From: Malacoraja senta | Taxonomy: Eukaryota | Length of the DNA: 64,000 bases | Reading direction: 5' to 3' | Assembly: GCA_038087875.1 (NCBI GenBank) | Contig: CM075988.1 | Span: forward strand, 23,252,001-23,316,000 | Shown here: positions 52,036 to 64,000 of the stretch, one piece after another | How the letters are laid out: each line of letters opens with the position of its first letter | Position numbering within the stretch: position 1 is the stretch's first letter | The notes under the pieces: model-generated | What the model was told of the DNA's origin: nothing | Seen by the model: the letters and a program-made list of their open reading frames with translations, nothing else | Databases searched by the model: none | Translations under genes and position numbers: made by a program

Positions 52036-52274
52036 ATGGGAATAGCACAAGAAATATATACTGAAGGTAGACACTAAAAGCTGGAGTAACTTAGTGGATC
52101 AGGCAGCATCGCTGGAGAGAAGGAATATGTGATGTTTCGGGTTGAGACCCTTCTTCAGACAAGGTGACCCAAACAAATCACCTATTCCTTCTCTCCAGAG
52201 ATGCTGTCTGACCCGCTGAGGTACTCCGGCTTTTGGTGTCTATCTTCAGTATATATTTCTTGTGCTATTCCCAT
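52036..52274. repeat. Fold-back PLE unit whose arms extend ~25 bp beyond the usual PLE sequence
   Basis: ATGGGAATAGCACAAGAAATATATACTGAAG ... CTTCAGTATATATTTCTTGTGCTATTCCCAT. Confidence 0.85.
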
Positions 52275-52388
52275 ATAATCAATGACATTACTAACGCCGA
52301 GTCTTCCATCATCAGCCCAGATCCATAGATGACCAGAAACTTGACTGAACCCCAGCAACGTTAATACTGTGGCTTTAAGGACAGGTGT

Positions 52389-52693
52389 GGGCAGCACAGT
52401 GGCACAAAGGTAGAGATGCTGCCTTATAAGCCAGAGACCCGGGTTGGATCCTGACTCCAGGTGCGGTCTGTATGGAGTTTGTATGTTCTCCTTGTGCCAG
52501 CGTGGGTTTTCTCCAGGTGCTCCGGTTTCCTCCCGCATTCCAAAGACGTACAGGTTTGTAGGTTAATTGTTTTCTGTAAAATTGCAACCTGTCCCTCGTG
52601 TGTGTGTAGGATAGCGCGAGTGTACGGGATGATCGGTGGTCGGTGCGGACTCAGTGCGCCGGAGGACTGTTTTCACGCTGTATCTCTAAAGTA
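52389..52693 (+). mobile_element. HE1-like SINE
   Basis: Degenerate A/B boxes, body and tail. Confidence 0.8.
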
Positions 52694-53507
52694 AAAATCA
52701 GCACTGATTGTGTAAATTACTCTGAAATCGTTTTTTCAATCCATCATTAACATGCAAATTATTCAAGATCATCATTGGAGATGCAACATTTAAGAAACAG
52801 TTAGACAGGTACATGGGTAGGACAGGTTTGGAGGGATATGGACCAAGCGCAGGCAGGTGGGACTAGTGTAGCTGGGACATGTTGGCCAGTGTGGGCAAGT
52901 TGGGCCGAAGGACCTGTTTCCACGCTGTATCACTCTATGACTCTATGCAATTTCAGGAAGTATAGCAGATTGTTCTTTTAATGCACAGCTGAGCAACTAT
53001 ACTTAACCAGAGGGACAAAAACAGACGCAAAGGCTAGTGTTTAATAAAACATTTATTCTGTAGCATGATACGGTGCTGGGGGTTAATATTTGATATGTTC
53101 CACTTGTCAAATCCGAAATTACTTCCAGATACAAAGCAGCATGGATTGGAATTAAATGCCTTCTACAAAATGGATCTTGAATCCTTTCAAGGCAAGTACA
53201 GAATTAAACTCAGTGGTTCTGGAGAAGCCTGGGGTTTATCAGGAAGAGTACAACAATATAGACAGTGACTCCCACTCCCTGGCTACCTGCAAGAACAATA
53301 TCACACACAACCCTGCTGCTGAGCTTGGCACAGCTCCATTTGTAACAAATCAAACTATGAGCCGATTTGGAAAGGGACCATGAGCAAACTACTTCAAATA
53401 GAATGCCCCTCAGATCCTCTGTCATCTGCATTTTGTGCTTATATTTGAATGTGTCCATTACTAAGTTTATTTGTGTTTAAATGCAGACATCTCCCTCTGC
53501 ACCGTTA

Positions 53508-53813
53508 AGGGCCTGCCCCACTGTACGAGCTAATTCAAGAGTTCTCCCGAGTTTCCCCTGATTCGAACTCGGAGAATTACGGTAATAGCCGCTCGTAGGT
53601 ACTCGGGGCTCTCGTGGACATTTTTCAACATGTTGAAAAAAATTCACGAGCACCGCGTTTCCCCGAGTAATAGCCGCTAGCGTTACGAGCCGCTAAGAGA
53701 CGTCCCGAGCTCCGACGTACCCGCTACGTACATCCTACGTGCTTACCACGAGTTTGATTTTTTTTTAAACTCGGGAGAGCTCTTGAATTACCTCGTACAG
53801 TGGGACAGTCCCT
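53508..53813. mobile_element. Harbinger-like MITE, intact, TTA TSD
   Basis: TTA-AGGGCCTGCCCCACTGTACGAG ... CTCGTACAGTGGGACAGTCCCT-TTA; interior homologous (inverted) to the 21066 copy. Confidence 0.88.
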
Positions 53814-53888
53814 TTAGTCTTAAACAGAGCACACAGACCTTAAAATGAAACTATTTAACTGACGGCAAAACAACACCTACTTTATTAC

Positions 53889-54079
53889 GTTTAAGAAGGA
53901 ACTGCAGATGCTGAAAAATCTAAGGTAGACAAAAATGCTGGAGAAACTCAGCGGGTGCGGCAGCATCTATGGAGCGAAGGAAATAGGCAACGTTTCGGGT
54001 CTGAAGAAGGGTTTCGACCCGAAACGCCTATTTCCATAGATGCTGCCTCACCCGCTGAGTTTCTCCAGCATTTTTGTCT
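53889..54079. mobile_element. Fold-back PLE unit with 14-bp TSD
   Basis: ACCTACTTTATTAC on both sides; hammerhead-like core at 54001. Confidence 0.85.
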
Positions 54080-56684
54080 ACCTACTTTATTACAGTCCCT
54101 TCATAATCACTTTATCTCTTGTCAGCATGTAGGATGACTCAGGTTTCTTAACTACTTCTGAATCGAAGATGATTCAATCATGTGCTTTGGTGGTTTCAAG
54201 GTTAGAACATCCTCATCCTGGAAGATAAATCATTCAACAAGCTAATGTGCCTCAACAGCTGAATGTTTGGTGCTCAGAAGAATGCACAAGAGTCACAGTG
54301 AACAAGACAATGTGTGGGAGAGAGAGTGGGAGAAATTAAGGAAAAAAGAAAAAAATGAGAGAGAGAATTAATGTTATAGTCATAGAGTCATACAGCATGG
54401 AAACAGGTCCTTCGGCCCAACATGCCCACACTGACCAACATGCCCACTATATGCTAGTCACACCTGCCTGCGTTTGACCCATATCCCTCTAAACCTACCC
54501 TATCCATGTACCTGTCTAAATGTTTCTTAAACATTGCGATAGTACAGCCTCAACTACCTTCTCCAACAGCTTGTTCCATACACCCACCACCCTTTGTGTA
54601 AAAACGTTACCCCTCGGCTTCCCATTAAATCTTTTCCTCCTTGTCTTACACCTATGTTCTCTGGTTCTCAAGTCCCCTACTCTGGGCAAAAGACTCTGTG
54701 CGTTAAGTGTGCAGGATTGGGAGACAATTATAAAATGTGAAACAGAATGTATGACAATCCATACAAGGCAAGATTTAACATGGAAGCAGTGTACATTTAC
54801 AATAAAGCCAGTGTGACAAATGTATTTGAATGAGCATATATCACTTACAAGAGAGAGCTAGATAGGGCTCTTAAAGATAGGGGATATGGGGAGAAGGCAG
54901 GAACGGGGTACTGATTGGGGATGATCAACCATGATCACATTGAATGGCGGTGCTGGCTCCAGGGGCCGAATGGCCTACTCCTGCACCTATTGTCTATTGA
55001 GAACAACTTCAAAATAAAGCAACAATTAAAACAGGAGAAATTAGTATGAAAAAGATTTTTTTGTTACCAAGATTGAAAACGGCAAGAAATTTACTGCTGA
55101 ATAGAATTATGAATAATGTTTGGGAGTTGACCAGTCGCTAAGCGCTTCAGGGCTGAGATAATGAGTAATTAGTTTGCACTCACCTCAGTCTGAACAGTTT
55201 CCACAATCATGCTACATCATTAGAAGAGTGGGGAGGGAATGTGCTGATCACTCTCAGAGGACAGCTGGGAGAGTGTCACAAATCAATCTGGCACATAGTC
55301 TGCCATCACAGAGATAATCAGCAAGCATTGACACACTGATATGTAAATTTCTGCTTCATATAAAGGCTGCCCATTCTGGTTAATGAATCACACTGGGGAG
55401 CAAGAAGCATTCATTTAACCATGAAAGTCGTGGGTCATACTGTATTCCATAGGTGGCTCCGTTTAATTAACGCACGGGGCGGTATGATTCCAGGTATATG
55501 GTGGGAGGGTGGGACGTATACAGAGCGCTGGTCAGCACGGATTTGGTGGGCCGAAGAGCCTGTTTCCACGCTGTATCTCCAAACTAAACTGAACGACTGT
55601 GTCGGGATGGGATGGTGTGAAGTGGAAGCCATTCACATGCCACAGGAACAAACACAATCAGGATCCCTGTTCTACCTGGTCATGAGTCTGAGTAACAGTT
55701 CAGAGCCTTGAGGGCAGACTCCTGGCAGCAGATCACTCAAACTCTCCAGATACTGTCCAGAAAAAATATATAGAACTGAGACAAACATTAGAGGAGACAA
55801 CTTCAAAAATAGAAATGTTTTGCTCCAAAAACCAGAGAACGAATGAAAGCAATCCATAAACTGTTAATTTCTGCTTTCATCTTGTTGCCCTTGTGATGCT
55901 TACCGCATTGGAACACGCATTATATTCCATCAGTAACATGACAATCCCCCCCCCAAGGGAAAGAGGAATGCCAGACATCAGTGAGTCCCTTTATACTCAT
56001 ATCATGGTGGCAGCAAATCCAGGGATTTATTGAGGGCTGGTACAGTGTCATTGCTGATGAACAGATCACACTGTGTCGATTTGAAGAACATCAACATGTT
56101 CAATTAAGTTTTGTGCTTTCAAATAAACTCAAGATCACTTTTAACAAAATGTCAGCAAACCTTTAAACATGCGCCATCTTCAACCAAATCAGCAGTGAAG
56201 CCACCTCGATTATTTCTTATCCGAATGAGAGTCCAGATCCAAAACACTGCCTACCCAAAACATTTAAGAAGGAACTGCAGATGCTGGAAAAATCAAAGGT
56301 AGATAAAAATGCTGGAGAAACTCAGCGGGTGAGGCAGCATCTATGGAGCGAAGGAAAAGGTGACGTTTTGGGTCGAGACCCTTCTTCAGACTGTCTGAAT
56401 GTGGCCTAACCTGCTGAATTCCTCCAGCACCTTATGTTTTCCTCAAGATTTCAATACCTGTGGTTCCTTGTCATAGTTGGTCATACAGCTCAGAAACAGA
56501 GCCTTCATCCCAAAAGTCCATACCGACCAAGATGACCCATCTACGCTAGTCCCACCTGCACGCATTTAGTCCATAACCCTCCAAACCTTTCCTATCCAGG
56601 TATCTGTCCAAATGTTTTAAAATGTGTGTCTCTCCATTAGTTCTTAACTGAACTGAAGATGTACCCATCATTAGGTGCAGTTCC

Positions 56685-57035
56685 AGAGCCAACAAGATCA
56701 TGGGAGACCCCTTCCACCTCAGCAACAGACTGTTCCAGCTGCTACGGTCAGGCAAACGCCTCCGTTGCCATGCTGTGAAAACGGAGAGGATGAGAAGGAG
56801 TTTCTTCCCAGAGGCCATTAGGATTGTTAACTCCTACCTCACCAGGGACTAACTTACTGTACCAAGTTACTGTTGTGTGGTATCTTTTTTTCTTTTTTTT
56901 TTCCTCCCACAAATGTGTAATATGTGGATATATGAGTCTGTTCCATTCTGTTTTGTAGTTTTTTTGCACAAGCATTGCCTCTTTTCATTTCACTGCACAT
57001 CTCGTATGTGTATGTGACGAATAAACTTGACTTGA
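56685..57035 (+). mobile_element. Rex1-like LINE 3' end
   Basis: LFQLLRSGKRLRC...RMRRSFFPEAIR; AATAAA(CTTGA)n tail. Confidence 0.7.
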
Positions 57036-57159
57036 CATTAATCAAGCTTATGTATAAATGAAATGATAGCTAGAAGTGTCTAATTTCCTATGACATACCC
57101 CAGAATAAATATGCATTTTTCAGAAAGAATGTTGAAATAGATATTCCGTTGTTTAAAAA

Positions 57160-57995
57160 GAACTTCATATCGCCTTAAGATATCTCAAAGCATGTTATAG
57201 CCAATGAAGTACCTTCCTTTCAGTTTGTGCAGACTAATCGGCCACAAACAGCCATGCAGTAAAACTGAAGAAGGGTCTGGACCTGAAACATCACCCATCC
57301 TTTTTCTCCAGAGATGCTGCCGAACCAGCTGAGTTACTCCAGCACTTTGCGTCTATATGGGTATAAACCAGCATCTGCAGTTCCTTCCTGCACTAAACAA
57401 TAAATGCGTTGTATAAAATCATGAGAAGATTAGATCGAGTAGATGCACTAGAGTCTCTTGCCCAGAGTAGTGAATCGAGGACCAGAGGACACAGGTTTAA
57501 GGTGAAGGGGAAAAGATTTAATAGGAATCTGAGGGGTAACCTTTTCACACAAAGGGTGGTGGGTGTATGGAACAAGCTGCCAGAGGAGGTAGTTGAGGCA
57601 GCGACTATCACAATGTTTACGAAACAGTTAGACAGGTACATGGATAGGACAGGTTTGGAAGGATATGAACCAAGCGCAGGCAGGTGGGACTAGCGTAGTT
57701 GGGACGTGTTGGCCGGTGTGGGCAAGTTGGGACAAAGGGCCTGTTTCCATGCTGTATCACTCTATGACTCTATCTGTTTTAAGGTTTTGGTTAAGGGATA
57801 AATATTGCCCAGGACATTGAGAAAAGCACTCCCCTGCTCTTCACTGAATTTTCATTTTACTGACCACCTGAGATGACGGAGAGAGCCTGGGTTTAATATC
57901 TCATCTGGAATGTTACACCAATGACAAAATACAGCAACTCTTCAGAGCTCCAGTGGAAGGTCACCCGAGATGATGCACTCATCAATGGTCTTGAA
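57160..57995 (-). mobile_element. Ancient DeuSINE-like element split by PLE (57264-57392) and CR1 (57405-57773) insertions
   Basis: GGTTAAGGGATAAATATTGCCCAGGACA...CTCCCCTGCTCTTC...CCACCTGAGA...GGTTTAATATCTCATC match the recalled reverse-strand Deu domain; tail part ATAGCCAATGAAGTAC on the left. Confidence 0.65.
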
Positions 57996-59747
57996 CTAAT
58001 ATGCCCCCTTCCCACCCCACTGAATGGTGGGGATAGGGATTGGACTCATTGGGAAAAACCCAAAGGAAAAGTTGACATAAAAAGTGTAAACACATAAAAT
58101 AATAAAGTGAGCTGCAGAAACCAGAGTAATACATTTGCCTGGTCTTAATAAATTGTTGGCTGCAGTTTTGTCAAGTGGGAGATCAACTTCCACTGGTTAC
58201 ATTTACAAATCATTTTGTACCACTTTCTCTTTGATAGTCATTAACACGAGCTACGTGGTGCCTGGAATACAGACTGCAAAACATTCCCTGCATACTTTGA
58301 AAGTGAGCTATACAAGGGAGTCATCTGTCTTCCACTCTGTAGTTTAAAGGGGTTGGTTTATCTGATAAGCAATGCTAATTAATCTAAATAAGCTAAAATT
58401 TAACAAATATTTTTCTGGGCCTCAGCTTTTACATGGTACGCACTACTCAAAACAGGAAAGTAACAACTGAGACAATTACTCAAAAGCAATTTGCACAAGA
58501 ATGCGTGTGTGTGTGTACTTTGCTCAGCACATTATCTATCAGACTGTGAGGAAATATTTTCATCTTCTGTCCCATTTACACCAATGTCAACATAGTTTAT
58601 ATCACCCCTCTCTTAAATATGGTTATGGGATAATGTTCTGCCTGAAGAAGGATTGTGTTGGTGTTGTGCTTGTCTGGTCATGGGAAGAGATTATGAACCT
58701 GTGCTAAAGTCTTTTTTTTTCAGATTTAGACAGGAGTGTTCCGATTGCAATGTAGATTAGTCTAAAGTTTAATTAATGGAAATACTCTGGACCGTTGCCC
58801 ATAGATGCGAGGCTACAGAGTGTGGACCAGCTTTCACCATAATGCACAAATCACTCTCCTGCATTCTTCAAAATGAATCATACATCTTAGAGGAACAGTT
58901 TCTTCCCGGCTGTTATCAGGCAACTGAACGGTCCTCTCATCAACCAGAGTGCGGTCCTGACCTCCCACGTTTGAACTATCTTTAATCGGACTTTATAGGA
59001 CTACAATGTTATTATATCTTGTACTAAATGTTGTATCTTTATCCTTTGAATTTAGGAAGGAACTGCAGATGCTGGTTTAAACCGAAGATAGACACAAAAA
59101 GCTGGAATAACTCAGCGGGTCAGACAGCATACCCAGAGAAAAGATATACAGATAAGTGACTTTTTGGGTCGAGACCCCTTCTTCAGACTGAGAGTTAAGG
59201 CCTTTTCTCAAGAGATGCTGTCCCACCCGCTGAGTTACTCCAACTTTTTGTGTCTATCTTTATCCTTTATCTGTGCACAATGGACGGTTTGATTGTATTC
59301 ATGTGCAGTCTTTCCTTTGACTGGATAACAAGCAAACAAATGTTCTATACCTTGGTACACGTGACAATAAATTAAATAAACTAAACTAAACTAGGAACAG
59401 GCGTGAAGGAATGATTTGGAGATTCAGGGTCTAAATAAAATCTACCATCGTTCAGGAAAGCAGAAAAGGCAAATTGTGGGAAAACATAAGTAGATCCGGG
59501 AGTTAATTCGATCGGGAGAGAAATCATAGGACTTGCTGTTACTGTAAAAGGAGCTTTATTAAGCGGAATGTTGTAGGAAATTATGTTTACTGTCTAGAAG
59601 CACAAGACACTTGGGTATTGCACAATGCCAGCGAGCTGAGTAATCTGAGCCAAGAGGAAGAAGTGGCTGTCAGATAGAGTAAATCTGCAGAGAGTTCTTT
59701 TGTCAATGCTGACATGAAAGGGAATTTAAAGTAAATGGATGTCCTTG

Positions 59748-59837
59748 AAGAAGGGTCTCGACCCGAAAAGTTGCCTATTTCCTTCGCTCCATAGATGCTG
59801 CCTCACCCGCTGAGTTTCTCCAGCATTTTTGTCTGCC
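59748..59837 (+). mobile_element. Short PLE terminus with 22-bp direct repeat flanks
   Basis: TTAAAGTAAATGGATGTCCTTG on both sides. Confidence 0.8.
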
Positions 59838-60214
59838 TTAAAGTAAATGGATGTCCTTGGGATCTGGAAGTACAAGGGAGGGAGGTTGCAGAGGGAGACA
59901 ATATCTATGGAAAAGGAGAAGAATGGAACTTTTAGAAATTCAAGCCTAGCCCTATTGGTGATACACTTCGACAATCCTGGAATCATTCTTGTAAACCTTC
60001 TCTGGACCCTCTCCTGAGCCAGCACATCCTTCCTCAGATGTGGTGCCCAAATTTGCTCAGTTGTTCTCAAGAACCTCCACTGCTGGTGATCCAGGCAGTG
60101 GTGAATCATTGGCTCAAAGGTACAGCTAATTGAGTTGCTGTCTCACAGTTCCAATGACATGGGTTCAATCTTGACCTCTGGAGTTGTTCATGCAGAGTTT
60201 GCACAATCTCCCAA

Positions 60215-60487
60215 CAGTAGAGTTGCTGCCTTACAGCCCCAGAGACCCAGGTTTGATCCCGACTACTGGTGCATTTTGTACAGAGTTTGTACGTTCTCCC
60301 TGTGACTGCATGGGTTTCCTCCGGGTGCACCCATTTCCTCCCACACTCCAAAGGTTGGTAGATTAATTGGCTTTGGTTAAATTGTCCCCAATGTGTAGGA
60401 TAGTGCTCGTGTATAGGGTGATCGGTGGTTGGCGCGGACTCGGTGGGCCGAAGGGCCTGTTTCCACGCTGTATCTTTAAAGTCTAAA
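60215..60487 (+). mobile_element. HE1-like SINE
   Basis: SINE head, body and tail motifs. Confidence 0.8.
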
Positions 60488-63295
60488 TTCTAAAGATCGT
60501 GTGGATTTCCATTTTCCTCCTACATCCAAAATGGTAGGTTAAGTGGCGCTGTAAATTTCCTCTAGCGTGGGGCTGTGTGGTAGAATTTGAGAGGAGCAGA
60601 TGTAAATGTTGGCACTTTTGCCCAACTTGCCCACACCGACCATCTGCACTAGTCACACCTGCCTGCATTTGGCCTATATCCCACTAAGACTATCCTATCC
60701 ATGTACCTGTCCAAATGTTTCTTAGACATTGCAATAGTACCTGCCTCAACTACATCCTCTAGCAGCTCATTCCATACACCCATCACCCTCTGTGGAAAAA
60801 CATTGCCTCTTAGGTTCCTATTAAATCTTTCCCCTCCCACCTTAAACCTGTTTGGGGATCAAAAAAGAACAAGAGAGGTAAGCAGAAGAACATGAATCAT
60901 TGTAAGTTTAATTAAATGGAGGGCTAAATACTGCAGCATGGAGATCAAAGAGTATTCTTACTCAACAAACATGGGAGCAAATACATTATTAAAACCAGAA
61001 AACCAATGAGACTACGATTAAAGCATATCAAAAATTAATCACATCTGCCGGTTGCTTTCTGTTGCTGCAAATCATTGATGGCTTGAATCTTCTTTTGTTT
61101 ACCTCTTTCATGTCGTCCAAGTGAGTAGTTTGGATGGAAGTGGAGGTTTCTCGCAGATTATATTTACAGCCTTCATCACAGTTGCCATGGTAGATGTTAT
61201 TAGCCTTCCTGACCAAGAGCTTTTCATAAGCATCAAGAGGTAAAACTCCACAACCTCTCCATATCTCCATTCCATAAAATAGACGGAAGGTAGAGGAATT
61301 TCATCAGTCTCATGCAGTGACAGTTTGGGTTTCCCGCATAACAACATTTATGGAATATTCAACCTGAATCAAAGCTCTTTATAGCTGGTTTTCTCCAGTG
61401 CAAGTTATTCAAACTGTTCTGTCGATTCACTGTAATGTATGCAACACCATCCTTTGGTTTATGAAAAGCAGCAAGATCACAAAGATTAAATGTGTAGGAA
61501 AAAACTGGTTTAAACCGAAGATAGACACTAAATGCAGGAGTAACTCAGCGGTTCAGGCAGTATCTCTGGAGAGAAGCAATGGGTGGCGTTTCGGGTCGAG
61601 ACCCTTCTTCAGATCGTGCATTAGGGTTAGCCTGAAGAGGGTTCTCAACCCTAAACGTCACACATTCCTTCTCTCCAGAGATGCTGCAAAATACTCCAGC
61701 ATTTTGTGTCTATCACAAAACAGATTAGTTCTGTACATTGGGGTGAATCTTACTGTTCACAGAGAATCTTTTTACCAATGTAAGACTTTCCCCTGTACCA
61801 TTCAGCTCAAATATTTTTGTGCTACAACTTGTAGGAAAATAAAATGACAACCCACTGAAGTAACAGGGCATCCAACACCTACCTCAGTGAGTATGGTTAT
61901 ATCTGTTTCAGTCTTTATATCTCCCGAGCCAATGAACTGAAACAGAATCAGAAGAATGATGAACATAGATGCTGGATTAGATTAAACTAGATGCAAAAAG
62001 AAAGGGAAGGATTGGAATAAGAGAGAAAGGGAAATAAGATTAACAATGTAAAATTTGTACGTTTTGAAATCACTATCAAGTTACAGCATGAGAATGAACG
62101 TATTTGTCTTGGATGGAGAGATTGACTGGCATTGAGTTAATATTGATCAGATTGTTAAAGAGACATTTATGTCCATTAAATAAGTTCCTGCACGGAGTTT
62201 AATGGGCAATTAACATGTAAATCCAGCAAGTTCATTAAATAATGGTGAAACTGAGTTTGAGCTGCAGTTTGTTAAAACCAAATGACATAGTGTGGAAAGC
62301 TGCTGGAAGGACTCAGCAGGTCAAGCAGCATCTCTGGAGGTAAAGGGATGGCCAAATGATGGATAGGTGCAGGTTGATCAGCAAGTTCTCAAGATTCTCA
62401 ACTCACTCCCCATCTACTGATTCTACACATTTACGTTAAGAACAATACATATTTTGTTTCTTTTGCCAAAGTTTTTCTTTTGTTTCTTTAGTTTATTGAC
62501 GTCTCCTTGTAGTTTAAACTGCTTATGGAATAAGCAAACTCTATATTAATGAATTAAAACCAGTCAGTGCCAGAAATACTCAGCAAGTCAGGAGCTGAAC
62601 AGGGGAAATGTACAGAATAAACGTCTCGCGTTAATAATTCTTCATCAGAGCTGGAGAAGTGAAGAAAACATTTGTTGCAAGTTGCATGGGGGAGTAGTTG
62701 CATGCCGTACACACGGCAAAAACATGAACTCTTTTTTTTCTTACAACAGATGCAGCCTAACCTGTTGAGTATTTCAAGCATTTTGTTTTATGTCAGATTT
62801 TCAACACATACAGGCTTTTGATTTATGTAACTGTAGCTTTCTGCCCTCTCATTGATAAATACAATGACAAAAATAAACCTTTTGCCCTTTCAATGGCTAT
62901 AACATTGGATAGCACCAGTCACATCTTGCATTTGATTCCTACTCTACTCCCTGCCCTTTCAACAATCTCCTAACTAGGCTAATAATCTGCCCGTAATTCC
63001 AGATCACAAGGACTTTGTTGGGTGACTTCCCGAAGTACATGTAAATAACACTCAACGCCATCACCTGTCAACTGAGTCAGTTTCTTCACAAAATTCAATG
63101 TGGTTTGTCAGAAGTAGACAGACAGGCCTTTTCATATCCATACTGGTTCTCTCATCAGCTGAAACTTCTCCAAAATGCCTTAAACACTGGGTGTCATCGT
63201 CATTGCAATGAAGGAGTAATGAAATTGAGCTTCTCCCCAGGTTTTTTTGTCTTTCATTTGTAAAAACTTCTACCCTGAATTGAACCGTGTTTAAC

Positions 63296-63605
63296 TTTTA
63301 GTTTAATTTTTAGTTGAGAGGTACAGCGCGGAAGCAGGCCCTTTGGCCAACTGAGTCCATGCCGTCCAGAGATCCTCGCACTCCAGCGTTATTCTACACA
63401 CACTAGGGGCAATTTACAATTATACCAAGCCAATTAAACTACAAACCTGTACGTCTTTGGAATGTGGGAGGAAACCGGAGATCACGGTGAAAACCGGCAC
63501 AGGTCAGGGGGAGAACGCACAAACTAAGTACAGACAAGCACCCGTAGTCAGGATCAAACCGGGGTCTCTGGCGCTGTAAGGCAGCAACTCTACCGCGCCG
63601 CCAGT
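63296..63605 (-). mobile_element. HE1-like SINE
   Basis: Reverse-complement SINE motifs ...GGCGCTGTAAGGCAGCAACTCTACCGC. Confidence 0.85.
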
Positions 63606-64000
63606 GTTGGGAATTTAGTGTTTAACCTGTACCTTGAATCGTGTTTTCATGTGGGGCCCAGTTGCCATCTTAATTACAGCTCAGATGGGAACCGACACAA
63701 AGAACATATCATAGAGCAGTGGGTCAGTTAACTCAGTTTATTCAAGACCTGAACAGTACACACTGGGAAAAACTCTGAAAGAACCCAAAGTGTTTTAAAG
63801 ATTCACAGCCTCTTATATTCTATGTTTCAGTGGTTACATAGATATTACATTCTTGAAATAATTAATCAAGGAGTGCAATAAATAAGCCTTACCTCAGGAT
63901 TAGTTTTATTGGTCTTAGCCTGGTTTACAACCTCCAATGTTTATTTTAAATTCAGCTAGCTCTGCCTTGGAAGCGAAACATATAATAAATCTATTTATTG

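Noticed and set aside
61028..61347. Two overlapping minus-strand ORFs in non-repeat DNA
   Set aside because: No recognisable domain or convincing splice signals
1..64000. CRISPR arrays, prokaryotic operons or an intact autonomous transposon
   Set aside because: No regularly spaced repeat-spacer array; vertebrate repeat landscape; all RT/endonuclease ORFs are truncated or disrupted

Overview
Eukaryotic, repeat-dominated window with no recognisable host protein-coding exon, rRNA or true tRNA gene. The repeat repertoire points to a cartilaginous fish, probably a skate or ray (inference from repeat families only): HE1-like tRNA-derived SINEs with (CTAAA)n tails, CR1/HER1-type LINEs, Rex1/Babar LINEs, fish-type L1 3' ends, Penelope-like elements (PLE) and DeuSINE relics. 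Almost all ORFs in the track are retroelement fragments, antisense shadows or low-complexity sequence. There is a 200-N assembly gap at 30285-30484. Most notable: (1) many short PLE-derived termini carry a minimal hammerhead-ribozyme-like core (CTGAAGA-A-GGGTCTCGACCC-GAAAC-GTC); many of these termini form fold-back units flanked by 12-22 bp TSDs, often with the inversion point in or near that motif. (2) A family of PIF/Harbinger-like MITEs (TTA/TAA TSD) nests reciprocally with these PLE ends, twice at the same position. (3) A PLE end plus ~200 bp of flank has been copied ~10 kb away. (4) An unexplained 87-bp-arm hairpin lies at 42.9-43.1 kb. (5) A variable-loop stem is conserved in three non-autonomous retroposons. 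Family names come from recalled motifs, not database searches, and most boundaries are approximate.
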